Source of the DNA: a virus
Taxonomy: Duplodnaviria > Caudoviricetes
Length of the DNA: 64,000 bases
Strand: one strand, 5' to 3'
IMG/VR virus record: IMGVR_UViG_3300043432_000485
Coordinates: 139,363 to 203,362 of that record
Part shown: positions 20,335 to 30,117 of the stretch, in pieces
Layout of the letters: each line of letters starts with the position of its first letter
Numbering within the stretch: the stretch's first letter is position 1
Notes under the pieces: generated by a model
Database searches by the model: none
What the model was told of the DNA's origin: nothing
What the model saw: the letters and a program-made list of their open reading frames with translations, nothing else
Position numbers and translations under genes: made by a program

Positions 20335-21609
20335 TTACCTTCTGAAGGGGGTCGTTGGGGTACGGGGTCTGACATTCAAAGGCACCGCATTCGTGGTATC
20401 CCGATCTGTAGTGGAGACTTCCGACGAAACCCCCTCCGAACCGATCATGCCCCACCTATCCAAAAACTGTTCCGTACGCTCGTCCGGAGCCTCCGGATGA
20501 ACCTGTGCGCGTGAGGCGGCCTGTGCCTGTAGTTGCTTCCTCCGAGCGATGCGCTCCATCACCTGTGCCTGGGTAAGCCCTTCTATAGATGAAGTGCCGA
20601 CAACCGAGTGATCACCAAACTGCGCAGCACTTCCTTTCGCGGCTTCCTCCAACTGTTGCTGCCGAGCGTTGTACCTGTTGCGGATCCTGGCCTCGTGCTC
20701 CTCAATGACCTTGTCGTGCCAATCCTTCTCCCCTTTTAGGTCGTTCTCCAGCTGCACGGCCAGCTCTTCTACCGTCTTGGGAGCCATGACGATCATCCCG
20801 GACTTTTCCAGCTTGGATTTGGGGCGTTCTCCGAGAACTACCTCCCGCAGAATCCGATCCTTTCTGGCTACCCTCTCCTCCCGATCCTTTCGACGGCGCT
20901 CCACATCTTGGGAGTACAGCTTAGACAGCCCCTTACCAGCGAAGCAAGATCCGATGAACTTGGAGTTCTCCCAATCCCTCTCATGCTCCTCGTTGCGGTC
21001 CTCTACATGGTTGAGGGCACGCCAAAGCTGCTGTGCCCAGTTCAATCCTAGGCGTTGGGTGCCATCGATCCCGGTCACCGCTGTGCTAGTGAGGTCCAGG
21101 CCTTTCAGCTGCAGCCAGCGATAGCGAGAAGCCATTTCCATCGAATAAGCTTCCGTGAGCTGCACCGCGTTAGCGGCGCGTCGATTCAGCTCGCTTATGT
21201 GTCTAACGATCCTGGCCAACGAATCCTGAGGCAAAGCCGAAAAGGTTGCCACCTGGTGAGGTATCTGTCGGTCACGATCCGGTAACACGTTGATCCCATC
21301 AACCATGAACACGGCGTAGGCCAGGAACGTGCACCAGAACTTGGATGATGCGAACTGAAATCCCCCACTGAAATGCAGCAACTCCATCTCGTGATGGTTG
21401 AGGCTCTTGAACACGAAATGGATGTTGTTGATCTCCGCAGCCACCGTCAGAAAGCCGCGATAGAGTATGGGTTCCACGTCTTTGTAAACCTCAGGGTTTA
21501 CCTCCGGGTCCTTCGGAGGAGCGATGTGGATCTCACCGCTAGAACCTCCTTCGTACTCAGCCTTGAGCTTGGCCTGCTCCTCCTCGTATGTGGCTAGCTT
21601 GTCGCCCAT
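20335..21609 (-). CDS. Putative tail assembly chaperone (424 aa)
   Basis: Charged helical protein directly upstream of the tape measure gene; positional call. Confidence 0.5.
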   Translation of the reverse strand: MGDKLATYEEEQAKLKAEYEGGSSGEIHIAPPKDPEVNPEVYKDVEPILYRGFLTVAAEINNIHFVFKSLNHHEMELLHFSGGFQFASSKFWCTFLAYAVFMVDGINVLPDRDRQIPHQVATFSALPQDSLARIVRHISELNRRAANAVQLTEAYSMEMASRYRWLQLKGLDLTSTAVTGIDGTQRLGLNWAQQLWRALNHVEDRNEEHERDWENSKFIGSCFAGKGLSKLYSQDVERRRKDREERVARKDRILREVVLGERPKSKLEKSGMIVMAPKTVEELAVQLENDLKGEKDWHDKVIEEHEARIRNRYNARQQQLEEAAKGSAAQFGDHSVVGTSSIEGLTQAQVMERIARRKQLQAQAASRAQVHPEAPDERTEQFLDRWGMIGSEGVSSEVSTTDRDTTNAVPLNVRPRTPTTPFRR

Positions 21610-21611
21610 GT

Positions 21612-22298
21612 CTACTCAACCCGAGATAACTGAGTCTCATGAGGGCAGTACCCTATTTGGCTTCTTACGTGATTGCAGTTATGACACAGCACTCTATACC
21701 CATCTGGGTACGAGTTAATTTTCAACCAACGAAGCTGCCCCTGTCCGTTTCCGGTAACAGTTCTGCGATGCTGACCACCACCCCCATGAATATGATCTAT
21801 GGTTAGTGCTCTCATTTCTATATAGCCACAACAGGCACACTTCAATTCTGGGCTGTAATGAGATAGCACCTCTAGCCTAAGAGAGTGGTAGTAGGCCTTC
21901 TGAAACCCTTGTTTCCAACTTTCTACCCGGACCAAATGGTTACAATTATGACACAGGACTCTGAGCCCTTTGGGGTATCCAGAGCCCCTTAGACTGCGCA
22001 AAAAGCTGACGCCCGTTCCCCTCGCCTTGCGATCTCTTACCCCCGCTCCGTTGCCAGCTTCATGATCCAGTACCAGGAACTCGTAGGTAGGCTCACTGCA
22101 TAGGGCACAACAAAGATTTCCGTTGCTGTAATGGGACAGAGCCTCTAGCCTCAGCCCCTTGTACAATTCCCTCCAATACCCTAGGTTAGATGAATAGTAC
22201 TGTTTGCAATAGGTATTGCGACATGATCTGCACTGAGCCCTTCCTGAAGGAAACTCGGAGGTGACTTTGTGCTCACCACATTTGGAGCAGGTCTTCAC
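21612..22298 (-). CDS. HNH-type endonuclease with two tandem His-Me finger domains
   Basis: Two repeats: CCALC...LVLDHEAG...GYPKGLRVLCHNCN and CACC...LTIDHIHG...SYPDGYRVLCHNCN; AT-rich. Confidence 0.8.
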   Translation of the reverse strand: MKTCSKCGEHKVTSEFPSGRAQCRSCRNTYCKQYYSSNLGYWRELYKGLRLEALSHYSNGNLCCALCSEPTYEFLVLDHEAGNGAGVRDRKARGTGVSFLRSLRGSGYPKGLRVLCHNCNHLVRVESWKQGFQKAYYHSLRLEVLSHYSPELKCACCGYIEMRALTIDHIHGGGGQHRRTVTGNGQGQLRWLKINSYPDGYRVLCHNCNHVRSQIGYCPHETQLSRVE

Positions 22299-23353
22299 AC
22301 TTTTGGCCCAGGGCGAAACTTTGGGTTGATTCCGGCGGCCGGGGGCTTATCTAAGATGGCCGCTACAACTTTGACGTCTACAGGGGCCTGCTTGCGAATC
22401 TCCACCACCTCGGTAGCAGCTTCTGGATGCAGTGAATAAGCCTCCGGCACCCGCCCTTCCTCCAAAGCAGCAATCTGGGAAGCCCTAGACACAGCAGGCG
22501 CCTCTTGCGACTTGACAACCGGTGGAGGCTCAGAAACGCGGCGATTGGCAATTGCTTGCTGGAAAGTTGCATGAGGGTCAACCACGGGAGAACGTGTCCC
22601 TTGGTTCAGAGGGCGCCTGACCGTTGGCTCAGGCTCGGGCTCCGGATAAGGCTCAGGAAGGGGCTCAGAAGCCTGCCTGGCTGGCAGTGGAGGAGACTCT
22701 GGCTCGGGTGGGGACGTGGGCTCACTGCCAAGGTCCTTGGCCAACTGAGCGGTTTTTTCCTCAACCCTCCGCAGCTCCTCAGCAGACGCTTTGCGAGTGA
22801 GCCCGATGTCCTCCAAGATGGTGTCGATCATGGTGTCCGGGATCTCAGCCTCGCACGCCTTGGCCTCTAGCAAGAGCCTACGATACTTCTCCTCGTTGGA
22901 CTCCTCAGGCAGGAGGAAGTTGATCCCCTCCTTAGCCTTGCGCTCGGCCATCTCGATGACGTCGTAGAACTTCCGCATGGCCGTGTAGATGGACTCCAGG
23001 CTCCATGAGTTCAGCATGTGAGTCATCAAGTACTGGTGCAGCTCCAGTTTCACCTTCTTGGGCTGATGCGTCTTCGGGTCCTCTTCCTCTACTTCCACGA
23101 AATCGACGTCTCGCAGGTCTACTCCGTTGACCGATACGATCGCCCGAGACAGATGGGCCTTCTGGTAGGCATGCATGTACGCTCTGCCTGCCTCAGTGCC
23201 CTGGCAATCTTGCTCGGCAGCAACGTATTGCTCCGGGCGCAAGTTGCGGAGCACAAGCTCGCAATCCTCAATTGTGAACGTCTCTTCCACCAGGCCCACA
23301 TTGCGGGCCTTGGCTAGAGCGGTGTGAAGTTTCTTGGCTGCGATTGTCGACAT
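22295..23353 (-). CDS. Putative tail assembly chaperone/baseplate assembly protein (352 aa)
   Basis: First gene after the tail tube; globular N-terminal part, Pro/Glu-rich disordered C-terminus. Confidence 0.5.
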   Translation of the reverse strand: MSTIAAKKLHTALAKARNVGLVEETFTIEDCELVLRNLRPEQYVAAEQDCQGTEAGRAYMHAYQKAHLSRAIVSVNGVDLRDVDFVEVEEEDPKTHQPKKVKLELHQYLMTHMLNSWSLESIYTAMRKFYDVIEMAERKAKEGINFLLPEESNEEKYRRLLLEAKACEAEIPDTMIDTILEDIGLTRKASAEELRRVEEKTAQLAKDLGSEPTSPPEPESPPLPARQASEPLPEPYPEPEPEPTVRRPLNQGTRSPVVDPHATFQQAIANRRVSEPPPVVKSQEAPAVSRASQIAALEEGRVPEAYSLHPEAATEVVEIRKQAPVDVKVVAAILDKPPAAGINPKFRPGPKV

Positions 23354-23362
23354 GTTATCCTC

Positions 23363-23483
23363 ATCTGGGAAGAAGAGGATGACAGCGCTGGAAACTGAGG
23401 ACGTGATCTAAATCTGGGTCTGGGACTTCTCAACTACAGGGAGAAATGCACATGTTTGGTTTGATCTAATCTGTTCACATCTA
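23363..23483 (-). repeat. Intergenic cluster of seven (C/T)AGA(C/T) pentamers (element A)
   Basis: Minus strand ...CTAGATGTGAACAGATTAGATCAAACCAAA...CCAGACCCAGATTTAGATC...CCAGATGAGG; copies at 23363, 23406, 23412, 23418, 23464, 23469, 23479. Confidence 0.7.
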
Positions 23484-23533
23484 GTTCGTTACGCCGTCAC
23501 CCGTATCAACCGTTCAGGGCCTGGAGAATCCCG

Positions 23534-24244
23534 TCAGACCGGGACGACCGTGTTGGAGTTGTTTGCGAAGCGAAGAGAGAAGCCTTTGCCAGGACCACCG
23601 TTGGCAGACACAGGAGCAAGGCCCGAGTCAATGAACTCGCCGTATTGCGATACACCATCGATGATGTCCGTGACGGTGACCGAGCTGGTCTCCGCTACGA
23701 TAGCTGAGTCGCTGGCGTAGGAGGCTCCGTACTGGTTGAACCAGCAGCCCTCAAAGAAGGTCAGCAAGGCGCGGGGAACAACAATCGGGTTGTCAGCAGC
23801 CGTCGGACCCGTGGTCACGGTAGCGGTGACAGACGAGGTGTTGGGATCCTGCAAAGAGGTCAACTCCGAGAACACCAGCTCCTGCTTGATGTCGAAGGGC
23901 CAACGGTGGTGACGCAAGCTGCGCACCAAACCATCGACACCACCCTTGTAGCCAACGATCTGAAACAGGTTGGCATTGTAGAGCAGGGTCTTGTTCAGCG
24001 TCAAGGTCATAGCCTCAGTGACACCGGGCACCAGCTCAGCGATCTGATCGCCGTAACCAACGCCACGGATCGGGTCAACCGCACGACTCTCGTCATGGCT
24101 GAACTCGCTGATCACTCCGAGCTGTTGAAAGCCGCCTACACCGACCGTGTAGCCGTAGATCTTGTTCTTCTGGGATACAGCAGCTCTCGTATTGGGAGCA
24201 GTTCCCATACGATAAATGTAGTTCGAAGTTGTCACGTTTGCCAT
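23534..24244 (-). CDS. Tail tube protein
   Basis: 236 aa, beta-rich (GVISEFSHDESRAVDPIRGVGYGDQIAELVPG...LTLNKTLLY); lies after the sheath and before chaperones and tape measure. Confidence 0.7.
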   Translation of the reverse strand: MANVTTSNYIYRMGTAPNTRAAVSQKNKIYGYTVGVGGFQQLGVISEFSHDESRAVDPIRGVGYGDQIAELVPGVTEAMTLTLNKTLLYNANLFQIVGYKGGVDGLVRSLRHHRWPFDIKQELVFSELTSLQDPNTSSVTATVTTGPTAADNPIVVPRALLTFFEGCWFNQYGASYASDSAIVAETSSVTVTDIIDGVSQYGEFIDSGLAPVSANGGPGKGFSLRFANNSNTVVPV

Positions 24245-24255
24245 ATTTTCCCTCT

Positions 24256-25068
24256 TTACGTACCAAGCATTACTAGGATTGAACGAGTACCCTTACGGGA
24301 ATTACAAAACCGGCACGCCGGCACAACGTTATCCGCGGTATGAGTACCACCGCGCGACAATGGCACCATATGATCCATTGTCATCTCCTCACTAGAAGAT
24401 AGGCAATAAGCACAACTTCGATTAAAGTAGTCAAGTACCTGCAGCCACTCATTAGATGTTAGAGTGGCGTCGGCAGCCAGCTTCCTAGCCCTACGTTTCT
24501 GATTGATCGCATTTATTGCCTGATTGTTCTCTTTGGCCCAGCGGTAGAACCACTGGTCATGGCGCTCTTTGTTCTCTGGGTTCGCATACCACTCACGGGA
24601 TCGCTTAGCCGCAGCTTCGCGTTCCTCTGGAGTCCAATCTTTAGCAGACCACGTCGCTCGCCGCTTTGCGTTGTGATCTTCCCTGTGCTCATCGGTCCAA
24701 TCACGGGTGTATTGCCGTTCACACACGCGACACCAAGATGATCTTCCGTAGAGCCCTCTTTCAGTCTCACGAAATTCTCTGAGGTTCTTCTCAACCCTGC
24801 ATTGAGAGCACGGCTTGGCCAAAACTTGGCCTTCTAGCGCCGCCTTTGCCTCTTCCCTAGCCTTCACGCGAGCGTCTTTGACTTGCCGATGCTGATCTGG
24901 GTTTTCACGACGCAGCTTGTTGTCTGCAACGGTGCAGCGCTTGCAGAGTGTCGAGTTGATCCGGCCATCCTTCAAGTAGAAGGCCTCTGCCCTCAGCTCG
25001 TTTCTACAGCCCTCACATATCCTTGACTCAACTCCGGCCAAGCTACGGATTCCAACCACTGCACCCAT
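24256..25068 (-). CDS. HNH endonuclease with two Zn ribbons
   Basis: C-terminal CAYC...TMDHMVPLSRGGTHTADNVVPACRFCNSRKG; N-terminal CEGC/CKRC and CSQC/CRVC. Confidence 0.9.
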   Translation of the reverse strand: MGAVVGIRSLAGVESRICEGCRNELRAEAFYLKDGRINSTLCKRCTVADNKLRRENPDQHRQVKDARVKAREEAKAALEGQVLAKPCSQCRVEKNLREFRETERGLYGRSSWCRVCERQYTRDWTDEHREDHNAKRRATWSAKDWTPEEREAAAKRSREWYANPENKERHDQWFYRWAKENNQAINAINQKRRARKLAADATLTSNEWLQVLDYFNRSCAYCLSSSEEMTMDHMVPLSRGGTHTADNVVPACRFCNSRKGTRSILVMLGT

Positions 25069-25089
25069 TTCTACAGTTACACCAAGGGG

Positions 25090-25674
25090 TTAGGACGTGG
25101 GGAACAAGCTCTGGATCTCGGATGCTTTGGCAGCAAGATCAGAAAGGTCGTTGCCAACCCACGGTTGTGCCAGGTCAACGTTCTGCGCAATTTCCGCCAC
25201 ACGAGAGGCAATCTTGAGCAGGTCCTGCTTGGCTCGGACCGAATTGAAGCGCTTCCCCGCGGCCACCAGCCGGTTGACGGCTTCATCGGTGGCCGCTACT
25301 TTGGCCACGATTTCCTCGGCCAACTCTACGTGAGCAGCAAAGGTGTCATAGGATGCAGACTTGAGCATGGTATTCTCCAGGGCCGAAGGCCTATGATTTG
25401 GCCTCCCCATAAGTGGGTTAGTAGACGAATAGCGGGACCTTTTGAAAGGCAGTAGAGACCATAGACGATCGAGGTCCACAGCCATCATGACCTGCTTGTC
25501 CCGCAAGAAGGAATCGAGAGTTTGACGGGCAACGCGCGCCGAGCGCGTCAGGTTTGAGACGAGCTTCAGGACCGAAACCGGTCCGAGAGTGTACTTCTGA
25601 CCGTCGGGCATCTGGACGAAGTCCACAAACCCGTCCGTCCCAAAGGTGACCATAGCTTTGCGCCCGTCTGGCAT
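25090..25674 (-). CDS. Hypothetical protein (194 aa)
   Basis: Genome-typical codon usage and co-oriented; no recognisable family. Confidence 0.65.
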   Translation of the reverse strand: MPDGRKAMVTFGTDGFVDFVQMPDGQKYTLGPVSVLKLVSNLTRSARVARQTLDSFLRDKQVMMAVDLDRLWSLLPFKRSRYSSTNPLMGRPNHRPSALENTMLKSASYDTFAAHVELAEEIVAKVAATDEAVNRLVAAGKRFNSVRAKQDLLKIASRVAEIAQNVDLAQPWVGNDLSDLAAKASEIQSLFPTS

Positions 25675-25712
25675 CTACCCTAGCGGCTGCACTAGTAGAA
25701 GCTCAGGGCACT

Positions 25713-26102
25713 TCACCAGGTCACGAACCTACCGGCCTCGATGTCATCCTCATGGGTGTCATAGTCCTCCATGCAGTCCTCGATCCGGTCCTTCAAGTTG
25801 TCGCGCCAACCTTTGACGCGCTTGACCATGGGAGCTTTGCCAGGCTTGAGCTGCTTGCCCTTACGAAAGCTGTACAGCTGGACCTTGATGGGCGTCTCTC
25901 CAACGTCTTTGACAACCCCAGACCCGGCTGGGATGGATGACCATACACGAACCCCTGTGGTGGGGCTGAGCCCCAAGTCGAACACGTAATTCCCCATCAC
26001 CACCGTTTTCTTGGGGTGAAGGGCATAGAACGCCCTCTTGAGAAAGGTCTCCATCTCTTCCATGGTGACCTGCACATACTCGGCGGCGCGCTTATAGGTC
26101 AT
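25713..26102 (-). CDS. Hypothetical protein (129 aa)
   Basis: ATGA overlap with the helicase stop codon. Confidence 0.65.
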   Translation of the reverse strand: MTYKRAAEYVQVTMEEMETFLKRAFYALHPKKTVVMGNYVFDLGLSPTTGVRVWSSIPAGSGVVKDVGETPIKVQLYSFRKGKQLKPGKAPMVKRVKGWRDNLKDRIEDCMEDYDTHEDDIEAGRFVTW

Positions 26103-29100
26103 GACTGTCTCCTGTCGTATCCAGGCATGTCATCATCAGAAATGTCGATCTCGGAGCTGTACCGCTCGAACAACTCCTGGATGTCCGGGTCTAGAACCGC
26201 TGCAGTCTTGACGTCAACCTCGGGTGCCGGGGCGGGCTCTTTGGGAACGTTCTCCCCCATCTTCAGACCGGCCTCGAAGACGAACTGACTGATTCCTCCA
26301 GCTTTACCGCCAGTGCGCTCAGGACAGAGAATCTCAAGATTCACCGCGGCGCGAGTGAGGGCCACATACGCAAGATTGCGCTCGGCCTTCATCTTCTCCG
26401 CCTCTTCAATCGGATCGGGCGGTGGCTCATCCTCCCTGGGCTTACGCTCCGGTGGGAATTTGCCCTTTGGCATGAGCACCGATACGTTGTTCCACTCTAG
26501 GCCCTTCACGCCATGGACAGTGGATAGAGTGATCGCAGGCGGCTTAGCGTGGCTACCAATCTTGGATTGCTCTCGCTCCCATTTGTCCGGGTCAATGCGC
26601 AGTGTCTCAGACAGCTTGGCGTACCGGGCAATCTTGGCCACGAAGCCTTGAGCAGTAGACGGATCGGTGTTGTTCTGCTCATCGTTGGCATTTGGTACCG
26701 CCAACTGGTACAGAAACTGTACCGCGCCCAGTCCCTTGCCTTGATCCTCTACTTCTTCCTTCTTGGGGGCGTTGAGGGTGCCCTCTTCGCTGATCTCCGG
26801 GGCTACCTCGGTCTCCTCCTCATCGTCATCATCGTCATCGTCTGAGAAGATGGAGGTGTCATGCGTGATTTGTTCACGCAGAGTAGTGGTCGTTGTGAAG
26901 GCGCCTCGCCCACGCTCCCAGCCAGCTACCTTAGAGGGCATGCTGTCTAGGATGAAGTTCAATAATGACTTGGTGTCATTAACCCCGGACGCAATGAAGT
27001 CGTTCAGGTCCCGGAGATTACCCGCAAGGCCTCTGAGATTCTCGGCAAGCTCATCTACACGCTTGCCATACATCCACTCGCCCGTCTTCCTGTCTTTGGC
27101 TGAGTTGACGATCTTGAGCTTGTACGTTTGCTTGAGGCGATCCGCCAAGTTTCGAACATTCTGCCGTTCTAGAAGAACCGTTGGGTTCACGGAACGGACG
27201 TCTACACGCTCGCGCCTAGCGACGTCATCTAGAGCCTCATCAACCGCTTTCAGCACATCATCGGGACCCATGAACAGGCTCCGATCAGGCTTCATCAGCA
27301 CAGCTACCAAGCTCTCTTTCATCTTCTCGTAGTTGCTGCCGGTGACGAGATCCATGTAACCCAGCACGGCTTTAGACTCAGGAGCTTCTAGGAAACCTTT
27401 GCCTCCGCGACGCACGTAGGGGATCTCATTGATGATGCACGCCGTCTCGAAGTCGTTCAATTCTGCGTTGGTGCGAGCAAGCACCGCGTAGTTCTCAGGC
27501 TTAGCATCTTCAGTGGCGATGTCCTTAGCCACCCCACCGATCGTTGAGATTGCGGCATCCGTGTTGTCAGCCGGTGTCTCAACGATGATGGACGCCTTGC
27601 CTCTCTGTTTAGAAGGGTTGGCGCGAGCTTCCATCGGGATGTTCCCGTCATTGTGCGCAACCAAGCGATTGGCAGCATCGACGATCTCCGCCTCACAGCG
27701 GTAGTTCGTCTTGATCATGCGCGTCTTCCAACCCGGCTTTCCATCTAGGCTGGTGAACAGCTCAGGGCGGGCGCCGCGGAACTGGTAGATGGCCTGCTTG
27801 TCGTCTCCGATCATCCACAAGGATTTACCGTCCGACCCATCCCCAATGTGCTCGGTCAGCATATCGAAGATCTGGTGCTGAACCAAGTTCAGATCCTGGC
27901 ACTCGTCAACCAGGAAGTGGTCAAACATCCCTTGGATCTTGGCCTTGGCGTTTGAGTCACGAGCAAGGATGCGCTTGAACACTTGGAGCATGTCGTCCAA
28001 ATCTCCAAGACGCTCTCCCCCGGGGCGGTTCTTCTTCATGAACCGATCATAAGACTCGGACATGCAGGGAGGGCGCCACCCAGGGAGGTCACCCTTAAGC
28101 CCCAAGTACATCTCATACCAAATGACAGCCTGAGCCTCCGCTTTGGAAGTAACACTCTTCTTGGCCGCATCCAACCCAATGTCATTGCCGCGCCATTTGT
28201 TCAGCAGCAAGCCAGCCTTCTTGGCCTTAGGCGGCTCCCGTACCCATTCGAGAGGGAAACCGTAACGGGCTGCCATCGCATCAGAGTCACAGTTCACCCA
28301 CAAGTTGCGGATCGCAGTTGAGAGAGACGTAGGGGAGATGGTCTTGGCGCCCTTTTTGGGTGGCGCGATCAGGCGGGGAGACTTGAGCATGGCCTGCTCT
28401 TCGGGAGTCCCGAAACCAGGATTCTGCTTGTCCCCTACGATGAAGCGATAGAAGAGGCTGTGCATCGTGCCCACTTGCACGCTATCCGCACCCCCAAGCT
28501 TCTTGGCAATCTTGCCCTTCAGCTCATCGGCAGCCTTCTTGTTGAAGCTGCACGCTAGAATTCGGGAAGGATTGGCCTTGCGATCCTTCACCAGGTAGTC
28601 GATACGCGATACCAACGTGGTGGACTTGCCCGCGCCAGCGCCCGCGGCAACCAGCACTTTGCCATCGGTCAGGGCCGCTGCCAGCTGCTCAGGGTCAAGA
28701 GACTTCAGGGGCTCAGGGACGTTCGCTGGTGTCTGAGGATTGCTCAACGCGGATGCGACAGCTGCTGCCGCGATACCGATCACCTCGGACTTCGTAGGGG
28801 CCACATCCGGCTCACCAGAAACGGACATGGAGCGAGCTGCCGCGTCGGTGGCTTTGGTCTGCACTTGGAGCAGAAGTTGATCGTGCTCATCAGCGGCTTC
28901 GCGACTTGCCTCAGACGCGGGCTCCGCACTTTGCTGCTGAGCCTTAGCGTCGAACAAGGCTGGGACATCGGCCGCCGCCTCGTTCGATCCAGCGGTCACT
29001 GCATTCTGAAACGTGCCCGATCCCGCCTGCTCCGAAGCCGAGTCAATCCACTTGCGCAAACGTTGGTTGCGCATTGGGATGACAGCAAACTTGTCGAGTG

Positions 29101-29545
29101 CCTCATCGGCATCATCCACCGCAGAGGCGGCCATCGCCAACCGGACATCTTGCAGAGCCTTGTTGGTCTTGAAGATGGCGCGCATCGTTGACGGTCCGCC
29201 CCGTGACAGCACAGCACGGATCTGCAATGAGCGACGCCCGATCCCCTGAGTGTTGGGCAGGAAGCGGAAGGCCTTGTCCAACATTTTCTTGTGGCTGGCA
29301 TTCGGAAGGTGCTCACCCATGAAAGCATGAATGACCGCCATGTGCCGACGGTCCGCGAGCTTAACCAGCATGATGGCCTTACGGATCAAGTCATCCTCTG
29401 ACCCTGGCCCTCCTTGCTCCCCGACGTAACGAATGTACGTGCCCAAGGCCAGGATGAAAACAAGGTACTCTGCGATGTCAAGCTCGCCGATGTCTTCTTG
29501 CTCAATGTCTACTTCTTGCTCTGGGGTAGTCATAGTTCGGCTCAC
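26099..29545 (-). CDS. UvrD/PcrA/Rep-like SF1A helicase with long N-terminal extension
   Basis: All motifs present: LDPEQ, AGAGAGKST, SFNKKAA, VGTMHS, VDECQD, IGDDKQAIYQFRGA, TNYR, LARTN, STVHGVKGLEW, ERNLAYVALTRA. Confidence 0.93.
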   Translation of the reverse strand: MSRTMTTPEQEVDIEQEDIGELDIAEYLVFILALGTYIRYVGEQGGPGSEDDLIRKAIMLVKLADRRHMAVIHAFMGEHLPNASHKKMLDKAFRFLPNTQGIGRRSLQIRAVLSRGGPSTMRAIFKTNKALQDVRLAMAASAVDDADEALDKFAVIPMRNQRLRKWIDSASEQAGSGTFQNAVTAGSNEAAADVPALFDAKAQQQSAEPASEASREAADEHDQLLLQVQTKATDAAARSMSVSGEPDVAPTKSEVIGIAAAAVASALSNPQTPANVPEPLKSLDPEQLAAALTDGKVLVAAGAGAGKSTTLVSRIDYLVKDRKANPSRILACSFNKKAADELKGKIAKKLGGADSVQVGTMHSLFYRFIVGDKQNPGFGTPEEQAMLKSPRLIAPPKKGAKTISPTSLSTAIRNLWVNCDSDAMAARYGFPLEWVREPPKAKKAGLLLNKWRGNDIGLDAAKKSVTSKAEAQAVIWYEMYLGLKGDLPGWRPPCMSESYDRFMKKNRPGGERLGDLDDMLQVFKRILARDSNAKAKIQGMFDHFLVDECQDLNLVQHQIFDMLTEHIGDGSDGKSLWMIGDDKQAIYQFRGARPELFTSLDGKPGWKTRMIKTNYRCEAEIVDAANRLVAHNDGNIPMEARANPSKQRGKASIIVETPADNTDAAISTIGGVAKDIATEDAKPENYAVLARTNAELNDFETACIINEIPYVRRGGKGFLEAPESKAVLGYMDLVTGSNYEKMKESLVAVLMKPDRSLFMGPDDVLKAVDEALDDVARRERVDVRSVNPTVLLERQNVRNLADRLKQTYKLKIVNSAKDRKTGEWMYGKRVDELAENLRGLAGNLRDLNDFIASGVNDTKSLLNFILDSMPSKVAGWERGRGAFTTTTTLREQITHDTSIFSDDDDDDDEEETEVAPEISEEGTLNAPKKEEVEDQGKGLGAVQFLYQLAVPNANDEQNNTDPSTAQGFVAKIARYAKLSETLRIDPDKWEREQSKIGSHAKPPAITLSTVHGVKGLEWNNVSVLMPKGKFPPERKPREDEPPPDPIEEAEKMKAERNLAYVALTRAAVNLEILCPERTGGKAGGISQFVFEAGLKMGENVPKEPAPAPEVDVKTAAVLDPDIQELFERYSSEIDISDDDMPGYDRRQS

Positions 29546-30117
29546 AGATCACGGCGGGAAGGTGGGAAGCAGTCAGCTTGGGGCAGGTTCGAAGGCGGGT
29601 TGGGACAGACTGGAGGGCTGTCTTGAGCTTGTGGCACCATAGGTATGTTAGGGAACACCCGAATGACCCGGGGCCTGAAGCTTTGGTCAAATGCAGGGTT
29701 AGCTGGGAATGCCCTTCCATCGGCCAACATGACGCGGTAGGAAAAGCAGTTCCACACCGCCTGGGGGATCGGAATCGAGTTGTTTTCCCACCCCACCACC
29801 GTAGCCTCCAATACACCATAGAGGGCAGCCACATCGGCTACGGAGAGCTGCAACGCGTATCGAAGGAACGCGAAAGTCTCGCCCCTCACCAACCCCATTT
29901 GAACCAAGGTGGAGGCGGCCCGCAGATACGCGGCGTGCTCCACCGGTGGGGTGAACGTAGGCCCCCAAAGGTACAGACGACCGGGCATTGCAGCGATGAA
30001 GATCAGCCCCGTGTCCCCGACTGGCATCTGAATGTCAAATAGGCCGACTTTTCCTACTTGTTCAGGGTAGTCATTCTCTAGGACAACTATCGGGTAGTCT
30101 GCAAGGTCATCGGCCAT
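29542..30117 (-). CDS. XRE/MqsA-like helix-turn-helix protein
   Basis: GETFAFLRYALQLSVADVAALYGVLEATVVGWENN resembles the MqsA/HigA HTH. Start moved to the ATG at 30117, which overlaps the upstream TGA. Confidence 0.6.
   Translation of the reverse strand: MADDLADYPIVVLENDYPEQVGKVGLFDIQMPVGDTGLIFIAAMPGRLYLWGPTFTPPVEHAAYLRAASTLVQMGLVRGETFAFLRYALQLSVADVAALYGVLEATVVGWENNSIPIPQAVWNCFSYRVMLADGRAFPANPAFDQSFRPRVIRVFPNIPMVPQAQDSPPVCPNPPSNLPQADCFPPSRRDL

Noticed and set aside
25054-25080. Possible start-codon hairpin at the 24256-25068 HNH gene (ACTGTA/TGCAGT around the ATG)
   Set aside because: Only 6 bp including a G-U pair, with no matching promoter; too weak compared with the 34385-34428 element.
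26818-26845. GAT/GAC triplet run in the helicase gene as a DNA microsatellite
   Set aside because: Fully explained by an encoded poly-Asp/Glu tract with mixed codons.
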